NCBI GenBank assembly: GCA_963838925.1 | Contig: CAWISW010000002.1 | Coordinates: 512,001 to 576,000 of the forward strand | From: an uncultured Nitrososphaerota archaeon | GTDB lineage: Archaea > Thermoproteota > Nitrososphaeria > Nitrososphaerales > Gagatemarchaeaceae | Direction of reading: 5' to 3' | DNA: 64,000 bases | In this document: positions 19,203 through 28,666 of the stretch, piece by piece | How the letters are laid out: the number at the start of each line of letters is the position of its first letter | Position numbering within the stretch: position 1 is the first letter of the stretch | The notes under the pieces: generated by a model | Seen by the model: the letters and a program-made list of their open reading frames with translations, nothing else | Told to the model about the DNA's origin: nothing | The model's database searches: none | Program-made: the position numbers and the translations under genes

Positions 19203-19673
19203 TTAGGGCGTTATGTCCCGCGAGCCCGGTGGTGCGTTCCGCAGTGCGTCCTTGCCAGACGCGCCCTGGTTGCGCTCTGCCTTCCCGACGATTCCAAGGA
19301 TCGAGAACACCGAGGTCACGACGTAGTCGATGTCTGCCGAGCGGGTGACTCTAAGCCCAAAGACCATCCTGAGCTCTGGGACTGTGAAGATCGCCACCTG
19401 CGAAGTCTCGAACTTGACCGTCACGGACTGGAGCCTACCAAACAGGGGTTCGTACTGGGAGACAGCCCCCTTGACGACGGTGAGGATCATCGAGGCCTTT
19501 TTGACGAAATCCTCGGAAAGCTCCCTCTTCTCCGGTATCTCTCCCTTCACGGCGAGCGCAAGCTTGTTTCCCTTCTCGTCCGTAGCGACTACGCCAAGGA
19601 TCGATGGGTCGGAGATCAGGATCTTGTTGACCATGTCGATGGGGGCTTGAGGTTCGTCCCCGCCCGCTCGCAT
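19203..19673 (-). CDS. Roadblock/LC7-like domain protein
   Basis: DPSILGVVATDEKG..LFGRLQSVTVKFE pattern. Confidence 0.6.
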   Translation of the reverse strand: MRAGGDEPQAPIDMVNKILISDPSILGVVATDEKGNKLALAVKGEIPEKRELSEDFVKKASMILTVVKGAVSQYEPLFGRLQSVTVKFETSQVAIFTVPELRMVFGLRVTRSADIDYVVTSVFSILGIVGKAERNQGASGKDALRNAPPGSRDITP

Positions 19674-19737
19674 GTGCGCGTCAGCTGCGGGCAGCGTATT
19701 TAAGATGAAAGGGAGGTGCGATGAGCAGGGCCCGCGG

Positions 19738-21063
19738 CTACGGCACGAGGCGCAGCTTGTCTCTTGGAAAGAGGGCGACCTCCCTGATGTTCTCTTCGCC
19801 CACAAGGACCATCGTCAGCCTCTCCATCCCGAGGCCGAACCCGGCGTGGGGAGGCATCCCGTAGTCGAAGACCTTCAGGTGGTGCTCGAAGGCCTGCGGC
19901 TTTAGCTTCTGCTCCTTGAGCCTCTTCACCAGGAGGCTCTTGGAGCTCACCCTCGAGCCGCCGGAGGCCAGCTCGAGAGGGCCGTGCATTAGGTCGAAGG
20001 ACTCGCTGACCTTGGGCTCGGAGTCCTTGGGCTTGATGTAGAACGGCTTTGTCTGCGTCGGCCAGTCGTCGATGAAGTAGAACGAGGGGTGCTCATTACC
20101 GAGCCTCTCGGTGGTCGGGCCGGTGAGGTCCTCGCCCCAGGTCACGTCCTCCCCCTGTTTTGAAAGCCGTTCGACCACGTCGGTGTAGTGCAGGCGCTCG
20201 AACCTCTCCGGGACGGCGAGGGATTGCCTCCCGAGCTTCTCCAGCTCCTTGGAGCAGTCGTCCTTTACCGAGGCGACGACGTGCTTGACCAGGGCTTCGA
20301 GGGTGTCCATCACGTCGTTGTAGTCGACGAAGGCCTCCTCGATGTCTATCGACGTGATCTCGCTCAGGTGCCTCTGAGTCCTCGACTCCTCCGCCCGGAA
20401 GACCGGCCCTATCTCGTAGACCTTCTCGAAGGGGAGGACGAGCTCCTCCTTGTAGAGCTGGGGGCTCTGGGCGAGGAACGAGGGCCGGTTGTAGTAGAGG
20501 ACCGAGAAGAGCGACGCCCCGCCCTCCGTCGCGGTGGAGATGAGCTTGGGGGTCCTGACCTCGAGATAGCCCCTCCCCGCCAGGAACTCCCTCACGGACG
20601 AGAGCATCTCGCGCTGTATCTTGAAGGTCGCCTGCGCCTTGTCCCTCCTAAGGTCCACGGCGCGTATGTCCAGCCTCTTGTCCAGGGACGGGGTCTCCCC
20701 GCCATAGACGCTGAAGGACGGGACCTCGGTGGCGATGCTGAGGACCTTGACCTCCTCGGGGACGACCTCTGCGCCGTTTGGCGCCCTGGGCATGGCCTTG
20801 ACGAGGCCCCTGACCGCGATGCTGCTGTGGGGCTTGAGCGCATCCACCCTGGTCAGGGTTTCCTTGCTGGCCTTGCCCTTGTTCACGGTGACCTGGACGT
20901 TGCCGTCCCGGTCGGTCAGCATGATGAAGACGATCCCGCCCTGGGTCCTTATGCTGCTGACCCATCCGAAGACGGTGACCTTCTTGCCGTCGAGGGCGGG
21001 GGTGATCTGGATGGAATAGTGCGTCCTCCTCCAACCGCCCAGGCCCTCTTCGATCTTGGTCAT
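19738..21063 (-). CDS. aspS: Aspartyl-tRNA synthetase (archaeal, likely non-discriminating)
   Basis: RRTHYS, TEGGA, LAQSPQLYK, FRAEES..RHLSE, PPHAGFGLGMER. Confidence 0.97.
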   Translation of the reverse strand: MTKIEEGLGGWRRTHYSIQITPALDGKKVTVFGWVSSIRTQGGIVFIMLTDRDGNVQVTVNKGKASKETLTRVDALKPHSSIAVRGLVKAMPRAPNGAEVVPEEVKVLSIATEVPSFSVYGGETPSLDKRLDIRAVDLRRDKAQATFKIQREMLSSVREFLAGRGYLEVRTPKLISTATEGGASLFSVLYYNRPSFLAQSPQLYKEELVLPFEKVYEIGPVFRAEESRTQRHLSEITSIDIEEAFVDYNDVMDTLEALVKHVVASVKDDCSKELEKLGRQSLAVPERFERLHYTDVVERLSKQGEDVTWGEDLTGPTTERLGNEHPSFYFIDDWPTQTKPFYIKPKDSEPKVSESFDLMHGPLELASGGSRVSSKSLLVKRLKEQKLKPQAFEHHLKVFDYGMPPHAGFGLGMERLTMVLVGEENIREVALFPRDKLRLVP

Positions 21064-21168
21064 GACGACATCGCTTGGTGCACGACCGCGAACTGCAAAT
21101 CTATAAAACTCTTCGAATCTCGAAGAAACCTTAAGAGCGCCTCGGCGGCTTTTTCGGCTTGAAACCCT

Positions 21169-22209
21169 TTGGATTTTCAGTCGCAACTCCCTGAGGAGAG
21201 GAGCGCGCTGCGAGAGGGAACGCTCTCGGACTCCTTCGGGAGGATCGCAAGCAAGCTGCGCGTCTCCGTGACCGACAGGTGCAACTTCCGGTGCGACTTC
21301 TGCATGCCCGACAAGCCCGTCTGGCTGGAGCAAGGCGAGGTGCTGACCTTCGAGGAGATCACCCGGGTCACCGCGATACTCGCGACCATGGGGGTCGAGA
21401 AGGTGCGGGTGAGCGGCGGCGAGCCGCTGGTGAGAAAGGACGTCGAGCGCCTCGTCGGGATGCTGGCGAAGGTGCGGGGCATCAGGAGCGTCGCCATGAC
21501 GACCAACGGCGCCCTCCTGAAGGAGAAGGCCTCCGACCTCAAGGCCAACGGGCTGAAGGGGGTCACCGTCAGCTTGCACAGCCTCAGGCCTGAGCTATAC
21601 GACCAGATCACCGGGACAAAGGACATGTTCTGGAGGGTGATGGAGGGGATAGAAGAGGCGGAGAGGGCGGGGCTGAGCCCTGTGAAGATCAACTGCGTGG
21701 TGACGCGCGGCTGCAACGAGGGCGAGATACTGGAGTTCGCCAAGATGGCGCACGACGGCGGCCGGTCGGTGAGGTTCATCGAGTACATGCCGTTCGACGG
21801 GACCAAGTTCTGGGACACCGCGATGGTGGTGCCCGGCAGCGAGATAGTCAAGGCGATCTCTGAGAGGTACCCGCTCGAGCCCCTTAGGAGCGAGCACGGC
21901 TCGACCTCGAGCAACTACCGGTTCAAGGATGGGTCGAAGGGCGGCATCGGCACGATCACGTCGATGTCCAAGCCCTTCTGCGGGGACTGCGACAGGATCC
22001 GCCTGAAGGCGAACGGGAACCTGGTGCCCTGCCTATTCAGCGTGGCGGAGTACGACCTCAAGCACCTTCTGCGAGGAGGGGCGACCGACGAAGAGGTCGA
22101 GGGCGCGATACGCAAGTCGTTCTCGCAAAAGTTCGAGGGGGTAGCGAGCCTCATGGAGAACAAGGTCGAGGTCAGGCACGTGAGGCCGATGTACACGATC
22201 GGTGGTTGA
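21169..22209 (+). CDS. moaA: GTP 3',8-cyclase (radical SAM)
   Basis: LRVSVTDRCNFRCDFCMP, GGEP, FCGDCDRIRL..PCLF, C-terminal IGG. Confidence 0.97.
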   Translation: MDFQSQLPEERSALREGTLSDSFGRIASKLRVSVTDRCNFRCDFCMPDKPVWLEQGEVLTFEEITRVTAILATMGVEKVRVSGGEPLVRKDVERLVGMLAKVRGIRSVAMTTNGALLKEKASDLKANGLKGVTVSLHSLRPELYDQITGTKDMFWRVMEGIEEAERAGLSPVKINCVVTRGCNEGEILEFAKMAHDGGRSVRFIEYMPFDGTKFWDTAMVVPGSEIVKAISERYPLEPLRSEHGSTSSNYRFKDGSKGGIGTITSMSKPFCGDCDRIRLKANGNLVPCLFSVAEYDLKHLLRGGATDEEVEGAIRKSFSQKFEGVASLMENKVEVRHVRPMYTIGG

Positions 22210-22220
22210 GGGGGAGCCCG

Positions 22221-22472
22221 GTGCCCGTCCGCGTCAAGGTGCTCTACTTCGGCCAGGCGAGGGACGTGGCCGGAACGTCGACGGAAGACGTCTCGCTGCC
22301 GGGAGGCTCCTCCGTGGGCGACCTGCTCAAGCGCGCCACGAAGGCGCACCAGCGGCTGAAGAGGCTCCTCGGAGTCTTGCGGATCGCGGTGAACGAGGAG
22401 CTTGTGGGCGAGGCGCACCTCCTGTCGGACGGAGACGTGGTCGCCTTCCTTCCGCCGGTCGCAGGTGGTTGA
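22221..22472 (+). CDS. moaD: MoaD/ThiS ubiquitin-like sulfur carrier
   Basis: VKVLYFG..AVNEE..LPPVAGG C-terminus. Confidence 0.92.
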   Translation: MPVRVKVLYFGQARDVAGTSTEDVSLPGGSSVGDLLKRATKAHQRLKRLLGVLRIAVNEELVGEAHLLSDGDVVAFLPPVAGG

Positions 22473-22970
22473 TTGGCTCGCGGGGCGGGTCCGAGGCTGA
22501 CGAAGGACAGGATCGACGCCTCGGAGGTGCTGAAGGCGGTGGAGGACCCCGGCGCCGGCGCGGCCGTGCTCTTCCTCGGCGTGGTGAGGGACAACAGCGA
22601 GGCGGGCCGCGTCGACATGATCGAGTACGAGGCGTACGAGCCGATGGCCGAGAAGAGCCTCGCCAAGGCCGAGGAGGATGTGAGGCGCAGATGGCCGGCG
22701 ACCAAGGCCGTCAAGATCGTCCACAGGCTGGGCAGACTCTCCGTCGGCGACGTTAGCGTCGCGATCGCTGTGGCCTCGCCCCATCGCGCCGAAGCCTTCG
22801 AGGCCTGCCGGCAGGCCATTGACACGATAAAGCACGAAGCCCCGATCTGGAAGCGGGAGAAGCTCGTCGGCGGGACGGAGGTCTGGGTCGAGGGCGTCCC
22901 CATCGGGTCTAGACGGACGGGTTCGTCTCAAAGCGGGAGGCGCGGACGCACGCGAATCAACCTAAAATAA
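22473..22970 (+). CDS. moaE: Molybdopterin synthase catalytic subunit
   Basis: GAAVLFLGVVR, EYEAY, HRLG, SPHR, PIWKRE. Confidence 0.95.
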   Translation: MARGAGPRLTKDRIDASEVLKAVEDPGAGAAVLFLGVVRDNSEAGRVDMIEYEAYEPMAEKSLAKAEEDVRRRWPATKAVKIVHRLGRLSVGDVSVAIAVASPHRAEAFEACRQAIDTIKHEAPIWKREKLVGGTEVWVEGVPIGSRRTGSSQSGRRGRTRINLK

Positions 22971-22980
22971 CGCGGCGCGG

Positions 22981-23274
22981 GTGCGCAAGGCGATACCGAT
23001 GTCAGTCTGTCCATATTGCGGGAAGGAGAACAACCAGCCTGATGCGGCCTACTGCCTCTACTGCGGGTCGAGCCTGCGGGGGCAGCAGGCGCGGCAGCCT
23101 TTGGCGATGAGCCCAGGCCCGACGTCCGGCCAGGGTTACTCGACCTCGGGCGGCATCCCGGGAGCGACCCCTGAGGCTTCGGAGCGGTACGAGAGGGCGC
23201 TCGCGAGGGTCGAGCAGCTGGCGAACATCGTAGTCATCCTCGCGGTCGCGACGCTCGTCCTGGTCCTCATCTGA
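22981..23274 (+). CDS. Zinc-ribbon protein with C-terminal TM anchor
   Basis: CPYCG..YCLYCG; hydrophobic C-terminus. Confidence 0.7.
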   Translation: MRKAIPMSVCPYCGKENNQPDAAYCLYCGSSLRGQQARQPLAMSPGPTSGQGYSTSGGIPGATPEASERYERALARVEQLANIVVILAVATLVLVLI

Positions 23275-23298
23275 CCCGATGGAAGAGCGGTGGGAGAC

Positions 23299-23421
23299 AT
23301 GGACAACCAGAGCGAGCGCGCGATAAGGCGGCTTGAGCGCCTGAGGATGCTTCTCACTGGCGCAGCGGTGGTCCTCGTGATCGCGATAGTCCTCCTCCTG
23401 CTCCTGGACTTCGGGCCTTAG
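23299..23421 (+). CDS. 40-aa single-TM microprotein
   Basis: ATG ORF MDNQSERAIRRLERLRMLLTGAAVVLVIAIVLLLLLDFGP fills the gap; GGAG upstream; resembles the C-terminus of the upstream gene. Confidence 0.55.
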   Translation: MDNQSERAIRRLERLRMLLTGAAVVLVIAIVLLLLLDFGP

Positions 23422-23429
23422 CGCGCTCT

Positions 23430-24722
23430 TTGTTCAGGGAGCTCCCCAGATTGCCTTCCACTTTCGACTATACCCCTCTCGGCGACGCGCTGGCTCTGCT
23501 CGCGCGAGCGCTGCCTCCGAAGGCCCGCGGCGAGAAGGCGAACGTCAGGGAGGCCTACGGCAGGATACTGGCGGCAGACGTGGTCGCCCGGGAGGACTCG
23601 CCTCGGCGGGACGTCTCACACTTCGACGGGTTCGCGGTGGTCTCGGCCGACACGATGGGCGCAACCCGCTCTTCTCCTGTCACCCTGCGCTTGAAGGGGG
23701 GAGCCGACCGGATCGGCACGGCCCCCAAGGCGAGCGTGGGCAGGGGGCAAGCCGCCAGGGTCCTGACCGGGGGCTATCTCCCCAGTGGGGCAGATGCCGT
23801 TGCTGCCGTTGAGGACGTGTCGTTGAGGGGAAGCCGAGTCGTCGTCAGGGCGCGCGTGAAGCCCAGAGAGCACGTCTACCCGGCGGGCTCCGACGTAAGG
23901 AAGGGCGAGCGCGTCCTGGTCGCCGGAAGGACCCTCGTGGGGCAGGACCTGGTGCTCCTCGCCTCCCTCCACATCGAGAAGGTACTCGCATACAGGAAGC
24001 CCAGTGTCGCCATACTTCCCACTGGCTCGGAGCTGACGACGGACATAGGGGACCGAAGCAGCGGCAAGGTCGTCGAGTCGCACAGCCTCCTGCTGGAGCA
24101 CCTCGTGGAGGAGGCGGGGGGCACGGCCACGACGCTGCCCGTCGTGGTCGACGAGAAGCGCGCCCTCTCCGCGGCCGTGAGGGCCGCCCTGAGAGGCCAC
24201 GACATCCTGTTCACGCTCGCGGGCTCCTCGGTGGGCGAGCCCGACCTCGTCGAGTCGACCTTGCGCGGCTTCGGGAGGTCCACTACGGCGCTCGTCCACG
24301 GCATCAGGGTCAACAGGGGCAGGGTGATGGGGTTCGCGGTGGTCTCGGGCAAGCCTGTGGTCATCCTCCCCGGGCCGATACAGGGCGCGCTCAACGCGTT
24401 CATCGTCCTCGGCTACCCGCTCATCAGGTACCATCTCGGGATGGGCTGGGAGCGCCCGCCCGCGGTGCCGGCGACCGTGGGGGAAGACTGGGACCCGACC
24501 GGCAAGTTCAAGGACTTCGACCAGGTGGTCTACCTGCGCCTCACGAAAGACCCCGCCACGACCGGCGGGCTGCTGGCGACCCCGTCCGGGGCGGAGACGG
24601 AGAAGGTCAGCTTCTTGGTCTCGAAGAACGCCTACGCGCTCCTCCCTGGGGACGACCCTAGGCTGACGAAGGGCGAGCGCATAGAGGCCCGGCTCCTCCC
24701 CGGCTTCTCAAGGCTCGAGTAG
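23430..24722 (+). CDS. moeA: Molybdopterin molybdenumtransferase
   Basis: SHFDGFAV, TGGYLPSGADAV, TGSEL, ILPGP. Confidence 0.92.
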   Translation: MFRELPRLPSTFDYTPLGDALALLARALPPKARGEKANVREAYGRILAADVVAREDSPRRDVSHFDGFAVVSADTMGATRSSPVTLRLKGGADRIGTAPKASVGRGQAARVLTGGYLPSGADAVAAVEDVSLRGSRVVVRARVKPREHVYPAGSDVRKGERVLVAGRTLVGQDLVLLASLHIEKVLAYRKPSVAILPTGSELTTDIGDRSSGKVVESHSLLLEHLVEEAGGTATTLPVVVDEKRALSAAVRAALRGHDILFTLAGSSVGEPDLVESTLRGFGRSTTALVHGIRVNRGRVMGFAVVSGKPVVILPGPIQGALNAFIVLGYPLIRYHLGMGWERPPAVPATVGEDWDPTGKFKDFDQVVYLRLTKDPATTGGLLATPSGAETEKVSFLVSKNAYALLPGDDPRLTKGERIEARLLPGFSRLE

Positions 24723-25361
24723 CCGCCGGGCCTCCTCTAGGTCTTCGCGGGTGTCTACGTCCGAAAGCGCCCCCTTCTTGGTAGCCTTGACCACGGTGAG
24801 CGAGCCGGCGTGCCTGCTGATCACCGACCTGGCCCCCTCGTCTCCTCGCAAACTCTCAAGCTCGTCGAAATAGTCCCTCGAGAACAGCACCGGCGGGGCT
24901 ACGAGGCGGCCGTACCCCGCAGCCACTATCTTGCCCTTTGACGACCCCGAGTCGAAGCGCCGTATCATCCGCGTCAACAGCGACCTACTCACGAAGGGCT
25001 GGTCTGCGAGTAGAAGCATCGCGCCCTCGGCATCCGGGGCCAGCGACGATATCCCCGCTCTGATCGAGCTTGCCAGCCCGGTCCGGTAGTCCTCGTTGAG
25101 CACGAACCTGACGCCCGGCAGGCCGTGAAGGGCTTTCTCGACGGCGCCAGCGCGGTGCCCTAGGACCACCACCGTCTCCCCGACCAAGGCGCGTGGGACT
25201 GCGCCGAGGACCATCCCGACCAGCGTGCCAGGCCCCAGCCTCGCCAGCTGCTTGGTCCCGCGGAAGCGGGTCGACCTCCCGGCGGCGAGGACGACGACCG
25301 AAGGCCCCCGCCTGTGGGAGACGGCTTCCCTTGCCACCTGCGTCCCGGTCCTAGCCCTCAT
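24708..25361 (-). CDS. MocA/MobA-like nucleotidyltransferase
   Basis: VLAAGRSTRF, GLASSIRAG, LADQP, GDEGAR, DVDTRED. Confidence 0.85.
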   Translation of the reverse strand: MRARTGTQVAREAVSHRRGPSVVVLAAGRSTRFRGTKQLARLGPGTLVGMVLGAVPRALVGETVVVLGHRAGAVEKALHGLPGVRFVLNEDYRTGLASSIRAGISSLAPDAEGAMLLLADQPFVSRSLLTRMIRRFDSGSSKGKIVAAGYGRLVAPPVLFSRDYFDELESLRGDEGARSVISRHAGSLTVVKATKKGALSDVDTREDLEEARRLLEP

Positions 25362-25428
25362 CCTTTCGCCGATGAGCAAAGGGAGCAATAATATATCTGC
25401 CCGTTTGGGGCTGAGGAGAATCCAGACA

Positions 25429-25626
25429 ATGCCGCTCCAAATCCGGTCGAAGGACGAAGCAGAGACCCTGATCGAACAGGCGACCGAGGTCAGGGTGGTG
25501 AAGGGCAAGGGCGACAGCGTCAAGCTGAAGCTCAGGACGCCAAAGGCGCTCTACACCTTCGTCACGACCGCTGACGAGGCCGCCGCGATGACAAAGGGCC
25601 TGAAGACCCCGATCATCGACTTTTAA
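25429..25626 (+). CDS. rpl38e: 50S ribosomal protein L38e
   Basis: MPLQI..VKLKLRTPKALYT motif, 65 aa. Confidence 0.8.
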   Translation: MPLQIRSKDEAETLIEQATEVRVVKGKGDSVKLKLRTPKALYTFVTTADEAAAMTKGLKTPIIDF

Positions 25627-26525
25627 AGGACGTAGAACGCGACGAGCACGGCCACCCCGAGGAACATGGGGATGGGCAGGCCTGGCAGCAGCCTCGCCTT
25701 TCCCAGCAGGTAGAGGGTCATCACCACCCCGACATCAACAGCGACCAGCGCCAAGAACGCGGGCCCGAAGCCGAACTGGTAGTAGCCGAGAGCGGGCATC
25801 ATCGCGTAGAAGACCGTGTCGCCCGTCCCGATGGAAAAGTCCCCTACCTTGGACGATATCGCGGCCAGGGACTCTGCCGGAAGGGTGGTGATGAGCGTCT
25901 TGAGGGGCCCCCTGAAAACGGTGTAGATGTCGTAGAGCGAGAAGGCAACGGGGAGCAGGAGCGCGGTGAGGATCGGGATGGTGGACGCGAAGTAGCTTCC
26001 TACCTCCGCGGAGAGGAGGCCGGTGAGCACCAGGCCAAACTGCGACGGGATGCGCCGAAGGGTGACAAGCGTCAGAAGGACGAGCGCAGCCGCTGCGAAG
26101 GCCAGAGAGAGGTAGAGGGAGGTGTTTGCGTCGAGATAGTTCGAGGTCACGTCTATCGACGCAAGGAGGGTGAGGAGGAAGAGGGCCAGCCCGGTGCCGA
26201 TGTAGATTATCGCCATGAAGACCTTGGCCTGCCTCTTCCGCGCCAGCCACACCGCGGCGAGCGTCGTCGCGAAGACGAAGACGACGAGTATCGCGACGTT
26301 GGTTATCGAGCCGCCGGACGAGGTTCCCGCGGGCGCGTAGGTGTACCCGCTCGCCTGCACGACCGGGGCGTTGACCTTCGTGATCAGCAGAGCGAAGAGC
26401 TGTATGACGATGATGAAGGCGACCGTCTTTGCTGTGCCTACCGAGCTCGGCGGCTGCTCTTCAGCGTCTCCGTTCCTTGGGGGCTGGGGGATCGCGCCTG
26501 GCTGAGCCGGCACTCCTTCGGGCAA
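25623..26525 (-). CDS. Presenilin/GxGD intramembrane aspartyl protease
   Basis: SLYDIYTV..GPLK, IGTGD, LPGLP; multi-TM. Confidence 0.85.
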   Translation of the reverse strand: MPEGVPAQPGAIPQPPRNGDAEEQPPSSVGTAKTVAFIIVIQLFALLITKVNAPVVQASGYTYAPAGTSSGGSITNVAILVVFVFATTLAAVWLARKRQAKVFMAIIYIGTGLALFLLTLLASIDVTSNYLDANTSLYLSLAFAAAALVLLTLVTLRRIPSQFGLVLTGLLSAEVGSYFASTIPILTALLLPVAFSLYDIYTVFRGPLKTLITTLPAESLAAISSKVGDFSIGTGDTVFYAMMPALGYYQFGFGPAFLALVAVDVGVVMTLYLLGKARLLPGLPIPMFLGVAVLVAFYVL

Positions 26526-26538
26526 CTGTGCTCACCCG

Positions 26539-27795
26539 TCACACGTCGTGGACTTCTCCGACGCGGGGAGCGAGCGCCTCCACTCCGAGCTCGGTGTGCA
26601 GCTCCTCCGCGAGCTTGAGGCAGCTCTCCTCTTCGCCGTGGACCGTCATGAACCTCGGGGACCCCTTTATCGCCCTGAGGTCGCCGTGGAGCTCGGCCTT
26701 GCCGCTGTGAGACGAGAAGTCGAACCTCCTCACCTCTGCCCTCACCTTGACGGGCTTGCCGGCTATCAGCGTCAGGCCCTTGTCGATCAGCGTCCGACCC
26801 GGGGTGCCGGGAACCTGGAAGCTGCAGATCGCAATGCCGTTCTTCTCGCCCATGGCCAACCGCTCGTTGTAGAAGACGGAGGTCCCTCCGACGAGCATGC
26901 CTGCGGGGGCGATTATGACGCCAGGCTTCTTGATGAAGTTCCTCCTCTGGTTCCAACCCGAAATGCGCTCCACGTGCTCCAGAGTGCGCCTGAACTCGGC
27001 TGGGTCCCGGAGCGTCTCCTGGTTGCGGATGAGAACCTCGTTGACCTTGAGCGCCATGCCGTCCATGGCGATGGGGTGCTTGAAGCCGTGCTTGTGTAGA
27101 GTCATGGCGAGTTCCTGGGCCCTCCCCACCGAGAACGCCGGGGCGAGAAGCACTCCTCCCCTCTCCACTATCGAGTTGGCGTAGTCCGTGAAGTCCCTCT
27201 CCACCTGGACCCTCGCGGGGTGGTCGGCCGTGGCGTACGTGCTCTCGGTTATCACTAGGTTCGCCTCCCCGAGCTCCCTGGACGACGAATTGAGCAGGTT
27301 GGTCTCGGACCCGTTTATGTCGCCCGTGTAAATCAGGCGCCTGTTGCCTGCCTCGACCGCTATGACGCAGGAGCCGGGAATGTGTCCCGCGTCATAGAAC
27401 GTGACAGTGAAGTCCTTGATCTGGAATGACTCCTTGTATGGATGGTTGACCGTCGAGCGGTTCATGGCCATGAGGTCGATGAACTCGAACGGCAGGTAGG
27501 GCCCTGAGATCTTTATGAAGTCCTCGATGAGCATGTTAGAAAGTTCGGCGGTCGTCGGGGTGCAGTGGAGCTTGACGTTCCCACCCAAGAAGAAGACGGG
27601 CGTGGCGCCGGAGTGGTCGAGGTGCGCATGGCTCAGGATGAGGCCGTCCACCGTCTTCGGCTGGACGTGCATCGGGAATCCGGGCTCCCTCGTGGTGAGG
27701 GCGCCGTAGTCTAGAATTATGTTGGAGTCGCCGTGAGAGACCAGAAACGCCGATCGGCCCACTTGTCTCGCGGCGCCTAAGACCTTTACTTGCAT
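26539..27795 (-). CDS. Beta-CASP metallo-beta-lactamase ribonuclease (aCPSF-like)
   Basis: QVGRS, SHAHLDHSG, AGHIPGS, ESTY, FSVGRAQE, FSSH, VHGE. Confidence 0.92.
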   Translation of the reverse strand: MQVKVLGAARQVGRSAFLVSHGDSNIILDYGALTTREPGFPMHVQPKTVDGLILSHAHLDHSGATPVFFLGGNVKLHCTPTTAELSNMLIEDFIKISGPYLPFEFIDLMAMNRSTVNHPYKESFQIKDFTVTFYDAGHIPGSCVIAVEAGNRRLIYTGDINGSETNLLNSSSRELGEANLVITESTYATADHPARVQVERDFTDYANSIVERGGVLLAPAFSVGRAQELAMTLHKHGFKHPIAMDGMALKVNEVLIRNQETLRDPAEFRRTLEHVERISGWNQRRNFIKKPGVIIAPAGMLVGGTSVFYNERLAMGEKNGIAICSFQVPGTPGRTLIDKGLTLIAGKPVKVRAEVRRFDFSSHSGKAELHGDLRAIKGSPRFMTVHGEEESCLKLAEELHTELGVEALAPRVGEVHDV

Positions 27796-27945
27796 GCGTT
27801 GAATCCGTCTGAGCTTTTCGGCCCGTTGCTCCCTCTTTAAGGGTTTGGATGGCGAGAGGTGGAGTTTGGCGGTTCGCGCAAGGGCCCTGAATTCTCACGG
27901 ACGGCCGCCATAGGCTTAAGTGTCAATTTCGGGGGCGACTCGTTG

Positions 27946-28389
27946 ATGTCAGACGATCAGTTGGCTGCGGCGAAGGTCGAGGAGATAGACAGGCTGATCG
28001 CCGACCTTCAAAAGCGGAGGAGCGAGCTTCTGGGAGGCGTCGTCGTCGCGGGGCCCGTCCCGGCAGCAGCGCCGCGGACGGAGGCCGTCGCGCCAGAGGC
28101 GCCGGCGAAGGTCGAGAGGCCGCCGATGACCGTCCCCAAGAGGCGGGAGCCGGCCAAGCCGAAGAACGCGCTCGAGGGGGCGCTGGACGCGCTGCCATGG
28201 AAGAGCTTCAAGAAGAAGGAGGGCGAGTGGGCTTTCCTCAGGGACAGGGAGGGGAGGCTGATAGACGAGCTCCAGTCCGAGAAGGAGTTCGTCGACAGGG
28301 TGAGGAAGGAGGGCGAGCTGGTCGTCGGGAAGTACCGTTACCAGGTCTCCGAGGACAAGTTCCTGAACAGGTACTACGCGGCCACCTAG
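27946..28389 (+). CDS. Hypothetical protein
   Basis: Coiled N-terminus, Pro/Ala linker, LPWKSF..EWAF C-terminal domain; host-like codon usage. Confidence 0.6.
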   Translation: MSDDQLAAAKVEEIDRLIADLQKRRSELLGGVVVAGPVPAAAPRTEAVAPEAPAKVERPPMTVPKRREPAKPKNALEGALDALPWKSFKKKEGEWAFLRDREGRLIDELQSEKEFVDRVRKEGELVVGKYRYQVSEDKFLNRYYAAT

Positions 28390-28417
28390 GGGTCCAGCCG
28401 CAAGGAAGGCAGGAGAG

Positions 28418-28666
28418 CTAGCTGATCCCTATCTCGGGAAAGTGCGCCTTCGCGAGGCCCAGCTGGACCTGCAGAGTCCTTATCCTCTCGGCGTACTTCA
28501 GCATGTTCGGCGTGTCGGCCTGAGCTTTCGCGATCTTGTAGGCCCTCCAGGCCTTCTTCAGGGCAGCCCAGCTCTGTCCCACGCTGTAGGGCACCCGGCC
28601 CTCGACCGCCTCTGGTTCTTGGGTCCCCGGTCGGCCGAGCGACTGTCCTGGGGCCGTCTCGATCAC
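28418..28666 (-). CDS. Hypothetical helical protein
   Basis: 82 aa; start overlaps the stop of the upstream gene. Confidence 0.6.
   Translation of the reverse strand: MIETAPGQSLGRPGTQEPEAVEGRVPYSVGQSWAALKKAWRAYKIAKAQADTPNMLKYAERIRTLQVQLGLAKAHFPEIGIS

Noticed and set aside
21064-21579. N-terminal extensions of the ORF-track calls for aspS (also cofD, gap, moaC, L38e)
   Set aside because: They overlap neighbouring genes or promoters; family similarity begins at the downstream starts used here
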